Part shown: piece after piece, positions 18,245 through 28,334 of the stretch
Layout: every line of letters starts with the position of its first letter
How positions within the stretch are numbered: position 1 is the stretch's first letter
From: an uncultured virus (IMG/VR IMGVR_UViG_3300010365_000310)
Taxonomy: Duplodnaviria; Heunggongvirae; Uroviricota; Caudoviricetes
Direction: 5' to 3' (one strand)
Virus record (IMG/VR): IMGVR_UViG_3300010365_000310
DNA length: 64,000 nt
The notes under the pieces: model-generated
Told to the model about the DNA's origin: nothing
The model's database searches: none
Seen by the model: only the letters and a program-made list of their open reading frames with translations
Position numbers and translations under genes: made by a program

Positions 18245-19196
18245 TATCGGGATACCACATTTAAGTAAGTCGGAACAAGAACGTTTTAAATGTCATCTCT
18301 TTTCTATAGTTGATCTGTTATCTTTTAATTTGGATGATCGATTCAATTTACTTAGGGACTTTCTAGGGGATAGAAAACTAAAAGCATTTTTAACGTTCTT
18401 GTATAACCAAGAGTGTGATGATTTTAGGCGAGACCATCTAACCTTGGGGTATGGTGGTTGCGAAGGTAAACCCGAAGTTGTTTTTAGACATGTAGCAAAT
18501 CTGGCTCAAGAATATGAAGATCAAAAAATATTTGCATTAAGAACCCTATTCTTTAAAATCAATATTTTATCATCGATTGGTTATGAAAAGTATTTTTATG
18601 ATATTCGAGATGAATTGTTGTTTTATTGTTTAGCACCTTTGGGTTTAACCTTTGGTGAATGTTTCTTGTATTATGGTAAAGATACCTCTAGTTGGTTGAA
18701 GAATCTTGAAAGCGATAAGTTGAAATTTTCAATATGTGACCAGCTGCATACTCTTTATAATAATTCAGATAAAAGATCCATAGCGGTGTTATTGATATTG
18801 AAGCTTTTATCTTGTGATGTTTTTTCAAAGAATGATCAACCACATCTTGCTTACGTGGAAGGTAGAAAGCTTTACATAAATGAAACACTAATTAAAGAAG
18901 CCAATCTTCCGTTGTTATTACATGAAGCTTGTCATCTATTGCATTCATATGAGGACCGATTCAAGGATTTCTTGAATGCCTTTGGCCATTATTGTGAACC
19001 ATATGATATAGCTAAATCATGGGCGACAACCAAGGAAAGGTGTATAAACCAATTCATAAGAACCCATTGTTATCTTAAAACAATATCTCGAACAATCAAT
19101 AGCAATACAACCTTTGATACATTATCAATCACTACCAGTGTTATGTTAGATTTAAAGCAAAAGAATCAACCTTTCGTTAATCAGATTTGGAAATAG
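18126..19196 (+). CDS. Hypothetical protein with HExxH metallopeptidase-like motif
   Basis: EGRKLYINE...LLLHEACHLL; true start probably downstream of 18126. Confidence 0.5.
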   Translation: MKSPTIYTRSFRRTFWRPLIMPETMQSNIYLMEMLKRFYDIGIPHLSKSEQERFKCHLFSIVDLLSFNLDDRFNLLRDFLGDRKLKAFLTFLYNQECDDFRRDHLTLGYGGCEGKPEVVFRHVANLAQEYEDQKIFALRTLFFKINILSSIGYEKYFYDIRDELLFYCLAPLGLTFGECFLYYGKDTSSWLKNLESDKLKFSICDQLHTLYNNSDKRSIAVLLILKLLSCDVFSKNDQPHLAYVEGRKLYINETLIKEANLPLLLHEACHLLHSYEDRFKDFLNAFGHYCEPYDIAKSWATTKERCINQFIRTHCYLKTISRTINSNTTFDTLSITTSVMLDLKQKNQPFVNQIWK

Positions 19197-19197
19197 G

Positions 19198-21069
19198 ATG
19201 GAGTTAAACATGAGTGAAAAGTATGAAGCCATAGAAACGATGGGGGAAATTGAGTGGTTACAAAACAGGCCTGAGACCTATATTGGAACCACAAATCACC
19301 CAACCCATCTCTTTGAAGAAGTCTTTGATAACGCTCTAGATGAAGTTTTAAATGGAGCCAACAAGGTAATAATCAAGCTGGAGAAAGATGGAACTTGTAT
19401 TATATCAGATGATGGTCGAGGCTTTCCTATAGGGTGTGATGAGCAAGGTGTTCCATACCCGGTTAAGTCTTGTACTAAGTTATATACATCCGGTAAATTC
19501 AATAAGAATGTAAAAGCATATAAAGTATCTGCAGGTCTGAATGGTATTGGTCTTGTAGCCGTTGCCGGGTTATCGGATACTTTTAACATTATTAGTCATA
19601 GAGATGGCAAGGCTCATGAATATAATTTCGTGACTGATTTTGAAAAGCATGTTATCCAACATTCGGTTAAAGCTCCAATACGATCCAATGAAGTCGGAAC
19701 AATCATAAGCTTTAAACCATCCTCGAAAATATTCAGGTCAACAGATTTTGATTTAGCGTATATCAAAGAACGAGTCAGAGTGGTTTCGATATTAACAACC
19801 GCAAAAGTTGAATTGTATGTTCACGGTTCGTTAATTGAAATAGATTCTGATAAGTCCAAACTTATGGAAATGTTCTTTGAGGATACCGAAGATCAGCAAA
19901 CGTATTCATTCAAACTTAAAGAACATGACCAAATATTCAATGCTACTTTCTTTTTTGATTTTGAACGAAATGAGCCCAGAATTAAGGGGTCGGTAAATCT
20001 ATTACCAATACATGATGGAACTCATATAAAGTATTTTAAAGACTTGTTTGCTGAGATACTTATGGATTTCATGCCCAAGAATAAGATCTTGGTGAAGTCT
20101 GACTATCTTATAGGATTGAGATGTTTCATTGAGAATACAATTCAATCCCCGAGATTCTCCGGTCAGACTAAGTTGAAGCTTGACACCGATATCAAAAAGT
20201 ATGATATTTTCACAAGTAGTTTTAAAGTTGCATTAATCAATCTTCTTAAAAATGAGATTGACACAAATGCTCTTTATCAAAGGTTTCTTGATTATAAACA
20301 AGGATTAACTCTTAAGAAGACTACCAAGAAACTTAAGAAAAGAAAATTTAGCGCGAGTCTCTTGGATTGTATTAAAGAAGGACCTGGAACCGCTTTGTAT
20401 ATAGTCGAGGGTGAATCAGCTGCTGGCTCGCTGAAAAAGTGTCGAGATAAAAATTACCATGCAATCTTTACTCTTTTTGGTAAGAGTATGCCCAATGTTG
20501 ACACCGCTCCGGTTTTAAAGATGTTGGGAAATAAAACGGTAACTGATTTATTCAGTGTTCTTGGTAAAGATCATGATATGACCCCAGCTGAAAACTCTAG
20601 CTTGGTCAAATATGATAAGATTCAGATCACAACAGATCCGGATATTGACGGTTATCATATTGCAATTATGATTATGCGTTTCTTTAATAAGTTCTTCCCC
20701 AGTCTCATTGCCGAGAAACGAGTCTTATTACCCCAGATTCCTTTGTATGGATATTATGATGGTAGCAAGTTCACACCAGTATATGATCTCGATCTAGCCA
20801 ATAAGCTAATGAGTTCCGGTAAAAAACTAATGAGACACAAGGGTCTCGGAGAATTTGATCCGGAAGAATTGGAGATAGTTCTTTTTAAGAAAAGTGCTCA
20901 TGTTATTATTACCAAAGATTATATTCAAGAAGCCATCGCGAACGATACTATAGTAGAAACTAAATCAGATCCAGCAGTTGAAGACTCCATTGAGCCGGAA
21001 AATGTTGAACCAGTAACCGAAGAACCGGAAAGCAATAAAGTACCTGATATACTTGATTTCATATTCTAA
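19198..21069 (+). CDS. Type IIA topoisomerase ATPase/TOPRIM subunit (GyrB / T4 gp39+60-like)
   Basis: RPETYIG, EVFDNALDE, DDGRG, SAGLNGIG, VEGESA, DPDIDG, KGLGE. Confidence 0.92.
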   Translation: MELNMSEKYEAIETMGEIEWLQNRPETYIGTTNHPTHLFEEVFDNALDEVLNGANKVIIKLEKDGTCIISDDGRGFPIGCDEQGVPYPVKSCTKLYTSGKFNKNVKAYKVSAGLNGIGLVAVAGLSDTFNIISHRDGKAHEYNFVTDFEKHVIQHSVKAPIRSNEVGTIISFKPSSKIFRSTDFDLAYIKERVRVVSILTTAKVELYVHGSLIEIDSDKSKLMEMFFEDTEDQQTYSFKLKEHDQIFNATFFFDFERNEPRIKGSVNLLPIHDGTHIKYFKDLFAEILMDFMPKNKILVKSDYLIGLRCFIENTIQSPRFSGQTKLKLDTDIKKYDIFTSSFKVALINLLKNEIDTNALYQRFLDYKQGLTLKKTTKKLKKRKFSASLLDCIKEGPGTALYIVEGESAAGSLKKCRDKNYHAIFTLFGKSMPNVDTAPVLKMLGNKTVTDLFSVLGKDHDMTPAENSSLVKYDKIQITTDPDIDGYHIAIMIMRFFNKFFPSLIAEKRVLLPQIPLYGYYDGSKFTPVYDLDLANKLMSSGKKLMRHKGLGEFDPEELEIVLFKKSAHVIITKDYIQEAIANDTIVETKSDPAVEDSIEPENVEPVTEEPESNKVPDILDFIF

Positions 21070-21093
21070 GAATCAAATCAAAGGGGAATCTAA

Positions 21094-23322
21094 ATGCTTC
21101 TTAATGAATTAGACGGTCATGTCAAAACGAATATCGGTGATATCAAACAATATCATATCGCAGCAGATGCAGTCATATTTAAGATGTTGTCATCGGATAT
21201 CTATTCAGATAAAATAAGGGCCGTCATCAGAGAGTTATCAACTAATGCTTATGATGCAATGGTGGAATACGGTACGATAAAACTGGATGATCTTGAATCT
21301 AGTCAAAGATTTAAAGTTCACCTTCCAACGTATTTGGAACCATTTTTCTCCATACGAGATTTTGGTCCGGGGTTGGATGAAGAAGGTATTGTTTACGTTT
21401 ATACCTATGGAGCTTCGACTAGAAGAAAATCTAATAACTTCGCAGGGGTATTAGGCATCGGAGCCAAGAGTCCTCATGCTTACTCCAAAAGCGGATTTAA
21501 TATTAACAGTTATCATAATGGAACTCTTTATTCATACGTTTCCTTTCTCAAAGATGGAGAACCGTCATACGTATTAAATGATGCAAGCCCGACAACCGAA
21601 CCAAATGGCGTTGAGGTTATCATCAATGTCTCTCAGAATGATATTGACTCCTTCAGAAGGAAAGCAAGAGATGTATACTTCTGGTTTAAACATAAGCCAG
21701 AATTTAACATTGAAATGGATTTCTCCTATTATGATGTAACAGAAGATAGTGATTACTATTCGATTGTTAGATCAAACGTAAGAAACACATCTTCTTATTC
21801 TAGTGGTTCTTATGCTTATGGCGTGCTCATGGGCAATATTCTCTATTCGTATCCGGAAATACTTTTAAAAGAGTTTAAAGATAGAGAAGCCAGAATTCTA
21901 CAAAAGGCCGTTTTTAAAGCTGATATTGGTGAAGTAGATTTTCATCCATCTAGAGAATATCTTGATGCTAGTGAAAAGACTAAAAAGTTTCTTAAAGAAA
22001 AAATGAGGAACTTGGTTAAGGCAATTGAGAATAATATTAATGCTAAGATTGAAACGATATATAAAGATCCAAGTTTAAGCTATTTTCAAAAAGCTGGAAA
22101 AATGTTTTCATCGGTGAAATTATTTAATTCAATACTTGAATTTGACGATCTTAAAAGCTTGGCCATTAAGACATATCCAAGGTTGAAAATTATTGAAGAT
22201 CGAATATCTAACATCAAGAAAAGATTGCCATGGGTAGAACGAATAACATATCGGAATGTATATAAAGATATTTCAGAGACCTCCAGCTCTGTAAATCTAA
22301 CTGATACTATAGTTATTGCTGATCGACCTCTTAGTTATGATGCAATAAATAAGTGGTTGGTTGAGAAAAATGTAACCAATAGACGTGACCTGAAAATCAT
22401 TTTCCCGAAGTATTCATTTTTTCCAAAGTTATCCAATGGTAGATATGATTATGAACACATACACTCGGTTGTGAAAAAAGATATTCTTGCGTTATTTAGA
22501 TGTAAAGAAGATGAAGTATATTTTACTAGCTTGATGCATAAGCCGGTTGCCGCGGTCATTCGATCACCGAGACTTAAAAAGAATGATCCGAAAATTGCAA
22601 AAGTAAGATATATTGATTTCAATAAACGTCACTGGGAAAATATCAGGTCTCCATATTTACAGGAAGAGTTTGACATCAGAAATCCACCGAATAAAATACA
22701 CTATATACGAGTGAAGAATTTAAAAACGAATACAATTGAATTGGGTGATGGTAAAGAAATGAAGTGGTTGATTAACGAAGAAGATTTCTTTATTCAGCTC
22801 AAGAATTACTTAAGTAAATTTTCAATATCAAATGAAATCGGTCATAGATTATTCATAGCGCACCCATCCATACTCAATGATAAAACTTTAGAACATGAAA
22901 ATTATGTTGATATCATCAAATTGATTAAAGAGAAAACATCACCAATAGAACGTATTGATTCAAGTGCCGTGATTGGTTTTAAAAGCTTGTTTTTACCATA
23001 TTATACATCGGAGCAAGAAAGGTTTCTTCAAGACCCGAATCCTCATAAATCAGAACTTTTCAAACTTATCAAAGGTGATCAAAAGTTTTGTGAAAGACTT
23101 CTTAGTACAAATGTAACCGGAACTGATTATAACAAGCTTGGAGCTTTAGTGACATATGATTTCATCATTTTACAACCACCCTCGTGGTTTGATGATTATA
23201 AAGCTAAATATCCTGGGTTGATTGATGTATTTAGTCAATATACATCTCGTTATAGAGATTATGATAAAACGGATCTGTTGTTATACATTCTAGAAGCTGC
23301 AAAGGAAAGTGGCAAAATTTAA
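21094..23322 (+). CDS. rIIA: rIIA-like protein (GHKL N-terminal domain)
   Basis: IYSDKIRAVIRELSTNAYDA, RDFGPGL, GIGAKSP, EPNGV, PSRE. Confidence 0.85.
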   Translation: MLLNELDGHVKTNIGDIKQYHIAADAVIFKMLSSDIYSDKIRAVIRELSTNAYDAMVEYGTIKLDDLESSQRFKVHLPTYLEPFFSIRDFGPGLDEEGIVYVYTYGASTRRKSNNFAGVLGIGAKSPHAYSKSGFNINSYHNGTLYSYVSFLKDGEPSYVLNDASPTTEPNGVEVIINVSQNDIDSFRRKARDVYFWFKHKPEFNIEMDFSYYDVTEDSDYYSIVRSNVRNTSSYSSGSYAYGVLMGNILYSYPEILLKEFKDREARILQKAVFKADIGEVDFHPSREYLDASEKTKKFLKEKMRNLVKAIENNINAKIETIYKDPSLSYFQKAGKMFSSVKLFNSILEFDDLKSLAIKTYPRLKIIEDRISNIKKRLPWVERITYRNVYKDISETSSSVNLTDTIVIADRPLSYDAINKWLVEKNVTNRRDLKIIFPKYSFFPKLSNGRYDYEHIHSVVKKDILALFRCKEDEVYFTSLMHKPVAAVIRSPRLKKNDPKIAKVRYIDFNKRHWENIRSPYLQEEFDIRNPPNKIHYIRVKNLKTNTIELGDGKEMKWLINEEDFFIQLKNYLSKFSISNEIGHRLFIAHPSILNDKTLEHENYVDIIKLIKEKTSPIERIDSSAVIGFKSLFLPYYTSEQERFLQDPNPHKSELFKLIKGDQKFCERLLSTNVTGTDYNKLGALVTYDFIILQPPSWFDDYKAKYPGLIDVFSQYTSRYRDYDKTDLLLYILEAAKESGKI

Positions 23323-23811
23323 ATGCGTTATCTCATAGTTCGTAAAGAATCATTGACCAATCATTTAACTTTGGTTGGTGTTGATTATAAGCCGTTGTTT
23401 GAAAAGCGAATCAATCAACACAACACGGTTATAATTGATGAAAGCTTTGAATTCGATATGACTTTGAGATTCCCGGAATACATTTTTGAAGTTGGTAAGA
23501 TCTTAAATGGCTTCAGTCGAGGTCGGTTGAATAAAGTATTTGAATTGAATCAAAGATTCATTTACTCTAAGCCTATTGACAAGAGTGTCATGCAAGATCT
23601 TATCATTCTTCAAAGAAAAGAAAGATATCAAAAGATGTTAATACCAGACATCGATACATCCGGGGCCATAAGAATAACTAATGGACATTACTCAGAGAAT
23701 GTTGTTTCACAATTAGGCTTACGAACTCAACGTCTCAAAGATTATGAAAAACTTAGAACCATCATTTTTAATACAACAATTTTACCTTATGTGAAGTCAA
23801 TAGTATTCTAA
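23323..23811 (+). CDS. Hypothetical protein
   Basis: ORF abutting rIIA. Confidence 0.55.
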   Translation: MRYLIVRKESLTNHLTLVGVDYKPLFEKRINQHNTVIIDESFEFDMTLRFPEYIFEVGKILNGFSRGRLNKVFELNQRFIYSKPIDKSVMQDLIILQRKERYQKMLIPDIDTSGAIRITNGHYSENVVSQLGLRTQRLKDYEKLRTIIFNTTILPYVKSIVF

Positions 23812-23835
23812 ACGATCCACCTTCTGGAGAAGAAT

Positions 23836-25029
23836 ATGTACTTTAGTTATGTCCCTAAGTATGGCGATTTGGATTATTTAGTCGAGAAGTATATTAACAA
23901 TGGTATCAGAGATTACACATTCAATTTCTTTTTTGATGTTAAGAACGGGATCTATAATAAAGATCAAAATATTAATCAAGATACCAAATTGGAACATGCA
24001 ACCGAATTCATTTCAGCCGTTACCAATGTTGTTCAATATATAAAGAATCGTTTGAGTAGCGTTATAGATGTAGAAAGAAGAATAAGATTCTTTTTCTTTT
24101 GTGAAACGGGTAAGTCATCATATCATAAAGGTATTGATTTTTCATATAAGGCAAATAGAGGCATAAATGATTATCTGTTGAGAACTGAGTCTGATGAATT
24201 ATTTTCCGAGGTGATTTTCTTTTCGATCTACGTCCTTAGAGATATCATTAATATGATACCTAATTGCTATTTCTTTCTTGGTGAATATAGAGAATATGAT
24301 TACATTCCATATGTAGTATATAAAAGAATGTTCACCGAAAAGGATATTGGTATTGTATTTTCAACAGATAAAGATATGTATCAATTAGGTACATACGCGG
24401 ATTGTTTTGAACAACTAGAGAAACAGACATATCAATCCGAATGGTTACCAGCTAGAGCGTATATCAATACTCATAATTATATCGAACGAATTCTTGGTAA
24501 AGATGCAACTCCCGAAATGTTGAGACTCGGTAGAAGTTTTATGCATAAGCATTTCAGCTTAGTTCGGGCTATTATAGGTGACACCGGTGATGGTATTGAT
24601 GGTATCAAAGGATTACATTATAAGACCCTCTTGGGGCTTGTAGAAAAATTTAAACTAGATGAATTAGTACTACCCAGAGATGTCTATAATGAAACCATAA
24701 CCAAAATGGATTTCTTTAAATTTGAATATGCATATGAAAATAGTATATTTGATTTGGAGAAAGTTAAACTTTTAGAAAAAGAAAGAAAGCAAAGCAAAAA
24801 GTTGGATTCTTTATTAACCAAAGAAGGAATCAAAACGATTTGTAAGAATATAGCATTAATGGACTTTGAGGTTATGTATAACAGAAGATTGTCTAATGAT
24901 AAAGAAGAAATAGACAAGATCCTGAATAATGAAACCAAATTTAAATCTCAACAAGAAGCTGACGATTTTATTAAAGCGACCGGTTTGTGGAATGAACACT
25001 CATACTTTAAGATAAGCATAAAAATTTAA
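23836..25029 (+). CDS. 5'-3' exonuclease/flap nuclease (T4 RNase H / PolI 5' nuclease family)
   Basis: YKANR, EYDY, STDKDMYQL, GDTGDGIDGIKG. Confidence 0.85.
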   Translation: MYFSYVPKYGDLDYLVEKYINNGIRDYTFNFFFDVKNGIYNKDQNINQDTKLEHATEFISAVTNVVQYIKNRLSSVIDVERRIRFFFFCETGKSSYHKGIDFSYKANRGINDYLLRTESDELFSEVIFFSIYVLRDIINMIPNCYFFLGEYREYDYIPYVVYKRMFTEKDIGIVFSTDKDMYQLGTYADCFEQLEKQTYQSEWLPARAYINTHNYIERILGKDATPEMLRLGRSFMHKHFSLVRAIIGDTGDGIDGIKGLHYKTLLGLVEKFKLDELVLPRDVYNETITKMDFFKFEYAYENSIFDLEKVKLLEKERKQSKKLDSLLTKEGIKTICKNIALMDFEVMYNRRLSNDKEEIDKILNNETKFKSQQEADDFIKATGLWNEHSYFKISIKI

Positions 25030-25039
25030 GGAGCTACTC

Positions 25040-25978
25040 ATGAATACTTTCTATTTTGGTGTTGGACCCGATATCAACAATCTAATTCAGGGTATCTTTG
25101 CAGATGGTAAAAAGTCAAAAATGACAAACTATTTCATTGATCCGGAATTTAAAGATAACCATGATATTCGGATTCCCCCATCATGCCAAAAGTTGATGAG
25201 GGTTTATGGCTGTGATATGAAGCAATTCATTGAATCGGAAGTAATTCCAATGGTATTGCGAGGCACAATTAAATTGGAAGAGTCATTGATCATAAGTGAG
25301 AGAATGATTGAACACATCGAATTACCAGATTTGCTAACTTTCGTTTTCCCGCTTTTTAACAGATTAATAAAGAATTTCGGATGCCGAATTGAAATGGTAT
25401 TCCCAAATATTGAAAGAGTGGTAGAACATCTGAATGCCTATACAGATTACCTCACACATCACATGTGTAATATTGAAGCAATCGCGTTCGGTGGACATAA
25501 AGTAATACTCAATCCTCCAGTAATACTAAAGAACTTTCCGGGTGTTAAATTTGATTGCGAAGACATTACGATTGATAAAAAAGCATTTTACACCAAGTTA
25601 ACGCTGAATCCAAATTATGATTATGAAGAGTTCAAACATTTGGAAAATGAAAAATTTTCTTCATGTGTGAATATCCCGGCTGATAACTATTTTCACTTAA
25701 GCGAAACCATATGGAGATTGTCGAACGAATCTAAGATAAATTGTGATAAAGACACTCTATATCTAACATCATTCATTGATAGATCTAAATTACCTAGCGA
25801 ACTCAAATACTTGGTTAACGATGTTTCTCAGTTTGATGGCACATATAAAGATGTTGCTGATATTGTTTCCAGAGAAGGTCATTTCAAACTGACTGATCAT
25901 CACCAAAGAATTGAACTTATTCATCCATATCTTTCATACGTTACATACATGAAAGCTAATTCGAAATCTAATGAATAA
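25040..25978 (+). CDS. Hypothetical protein
   Basis: AAGGAG RBS; 312-aa ORF. Confidence 0.6.
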   Translation: MNTFYFGVGPDINNLIQGIFADGKKSKMTNYFIDPEFKDNHDIRIPPSCQKLMRVYGCDMKQFIESEVIPMVLRGTIKLEESLIISERMIEHIELPDLLTFVFPLFNRLIKNFGCRIEMVFPNIERVVEHLNAYTDYLTHHMCNIEAIAFGGHKVILNPPVILKNFPGVKFDCEDITIDKKAFYTKLTLNPNYDYEEFKHLENEKFSSCVNIPADNYFHLSETIWRLSNESKINCDKDTLYLTSFIDRSKLPSELKYLVNDVSQFDGTYKDVADIVSREGHFKLTDHHQRIELIHPYLSYVTYMKANSKSNE

Positions 25979-26035
25979 TTCTAACTTATGCATCAGTAAA
26001 AAAATATATCAAATCTTATTCTAGGAGAATTATCT

Positions 26036-27061
26036 ATGGCCGGTAAGTCTGGCAATATAATGCACCAGAATGTTAGTAATATTTTGGAGGCTCAGAAGGA
26101 TGTATTGAAAGAGAACACGACCGCTGAAGAAGTCAAAGAAAAAATTGGTAAACCAGCCATGTTTGAACCACCAACTAAAAGTGAGCCTCAAGAAGAAAAG
26201 GGTAAAATGGTCTTTAAGGGATTCAAATACTCAGACACTTCTTGTGCAAAAGTTGAAACATATTTGCCAGTTTTGAATACTAAGGTTCGGCAGACTCCCA
26301 TTCTATTTCAGGAAGAATTAAATCTTGCTCAGACCATCATCACGGATAAAGATGTCATGATGGATACATTGACAATCCTTTACCAGCACATCGTTGAAGG
26401 TCCAACCGAGATCACTCCTTCTTTTGAAACATTCCTTAAGAATGTGCCGGAACCCGATTACGATGCACTACTATATGGTTTCTTCCTTAATAGTTATGGC
26501 CCGGATGTCAAGGTTGAAGATACCCTGAAATGTATTAATTGTGGTAAAGAACACTTCGTCGAATCAATCAATCTTCTTAATCTCTATAAAGAAACCCCGT
26601 ATGAAGGTGAAGCATTTGAATGTTTAAAAGTCATTGAAGAAGTCAATCTCAATGATTGCGGTATTGATGCTTCATTTTTCTTGAAAATGCCCTCCTTAGA
26701 AATTTACTCTCAGGATAAGAAAATCTCCAAGAGAAATTTCATCAGTGAATTAACTTCTGGTAATTTTGCTGATTACATCTGTAAGCTAGTTTATGCTGGT
26801 GAAGAATTCACCGATAAAGAAAGTATTGTAAATGCAATCAACACCCTCAATGTCACAGCCAGAAGGAAGCTTAAAAAAGTAATCAACGACAAGTATAATA
26901 AGTATGGTATCAAATTTACATACGAATGGACTTGTGATGGTAAAGTGCCAGACACAGATTCAATCAAAGAAAAAGCAGAGAAGAAGTGCAATAAAGCTAA
27001 TACTAAAAATTATAGAATCTTCGACTTGTTTTTTCGTGAGATATCTGAGTCTATATCTTAA
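26036..27061 (+). CDS. Baseplate hub assembly protein (T4 gp26-like)
   Basis: P...EE.L, D.DALL...SYG, CxxCG, LKMP, C-terminal Cys pair ending LFF. Confidence 0.6.
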   Translation: MAGKSGNIMHQNVSNILEAQKDVLKENTTAEEVKEKIGKPAMFEPPTKSEPQEEKGKMVFKGFKYSDTSCAKVETYLPVLNTKVRQTPILFQEELNLAQTIITDKDVMMDTLTILYQHIVEGPTEITPSFETFLKNVPEPDYDALLYGFFLNSYGPDVKVEDTLKCINCGKEHFVESINLLNLYKETPYEGEAFECLKVIEEVNLNDCGIDASFFLKMPSLEIYSQDKKISKRNFISELTSGNFADYICKLVYAGEEFTDKESIVNAINTLNVTARRKLKKVINDKYNKYGIKFTYEWTCDGKVPDTDSIKEKAEKKCNKANTKNYRIFDLFFREISESIS

Positions 27062-27257
27062 TCCGTTAGATGCAAATAAGATGATGGCGAAGTTGATTGA
27101 TACATACTTATCAACATTGTCTTATTTGCGTTACGAAGAAATATTGAGAATGCCGGTTCCGTTGCTTAATGCTTTAGTTGCAGTTAAGAGTGAAAGCAAA
27201 GGAAACGGAACTGATAATCTAGGTCCATTAATTAATGCATTCCTTGGAAGGAGATAA
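26904..27257 (+). CDS. Small gp51-like baseplate assembly protein (true start likely near 27081)
   Basis: YEEILRMPV motif directly after the gp26-like gene. Confidence 0.4.
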   Translation: MVSNLHTNGLVMVKCQTQIQSKKKQRRSAIKLILKIIESSTCFFVRYLSLYLNPLDANKMMAKLIDTYLSTLSYLRYEEILRMPVPLLNALVAVKSESKGNGTDNLGPLINAFLGRR

Positions 27258-27262
27258 CTACC

Positions 27263-27946
27263 TTGACTAAGCTCGCCAATATTAACGATTTCGAAAACTT
27301 TTTGAACAGCGCCGAAGAATCGTTTTCGAAAATGAATGAAATCTCAAAAAATGAAAATTTGACACCTGAAGAAAAAGAAAAACTTTCTCAGGAATACATG
27401 TCAAAGATTCAGGAAATTACCAACGTCTATAAATCCATTCTTGGATCGGTTAGGCAAAGGGGTAAGGGGGAGAAGGTTAGCAAATATTCTTTGAATGAAA
27501 GCATAAGAAAGCATAAGAATTTTGCATACAGTTTTCTTAATATTGAAGAAGACTCTGATATTGAAAAGATCACTGATTGCATGTATGATCTAATGGCTGA
27601 AGTCCTGAATGAAACAGATCTCAATAAGCGTTTCAGACTCAGTCAGCTTTATTCAATTGCTCTCAAGAAAAACTTCAATTCATTTCGTGAAAACATGATT
27701 GAGATGATTGAAACGGAAGCTAATGAAGAAACCAAATATGATATTGGTTCAGACTTCTATGCTGCATATTTCAAAATGATTGTTGAAGCAGTCAGCAAGA
27801 AATATAATGATGAAGTTGAAGAACGAATCAAAGCCGAAGAAAAAATGGCAGCAATGAGAAAAGCTAAAGAAGAAAAGATGGAAACTGGCAGTGAAATCGT
27901 AGGTGCAACCGAAGAGAAAAAAGTTGAGGCTGTAACTAATGTATAA
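27263..27946 (+). CDS. Hypothetical helical protein
   Basis: AGGAG before TTG start. Confidence 0.55.
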   Translation: MTKLANINDFENFLNSAEESFSKMNEISKNENLTPEEKEKLSQEYMSKIQEITNVYKSILGSVRQRGKGEKVSKYSLNESIRKHKNFAYSFLNIEEDSDIEKITDCMYDLMAEVLNETDLNKRFRLSQLYSIALKKNFNSFRENMIEMIETEANEETKYDIGSDFYAAYFKMIVEAVSKKYNDEVEERIKAEEKMAAMRKAKEEKMETGSEIVGATEEKKVEAVTNV

Positions 27947-28334
27947 TGTCACAAAGGTGGAAGTCATTAATGATGTAAATGTTGAAAGTATTCTTCAAAA
28001 GAAAGAGAATGGTTTATTTGAATCATTATCTGAATCAAGATACAGGTTATTCTGTGAAGCATTTGCTCATACGATCAATGAACGTTTTCCTCGGAGTGAC
28101 CGTCTACCTAAAGTAACATCTTTTGCATTAAGAACCGTAGTTAGTGATGATAAGGCGAGATATGTTCGTCTATTTGAACTGGCTACAAAATTCATGATGA
28201 CAACGGATGATGATAAAAAAGTTCAATATGATCTAACATTTGAAATCTATGAAACCCCCGAGGGTGACGAAGATTGTGAATTGTTGTCATATTACTCAGC
28301 TCAGTATAAACCAAAAGAAGAAAATGAAGGCTAA
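27939..28334 (+). CDS. Hypothetical protein
   Basis: Overlapping operon-style ORF. Confidence 0.5.
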   Translation: MYNVTKVEVINDVNVESILQKKENGLFESLSESRYRLFCEAFAHTINERFPRSDRLPKVTSFALRTVVSDDKARYVRLFELATKFMMTTDDDKKVQYDLTFEIYETPEGDEDCELLSYYSAQYKPKEENEG

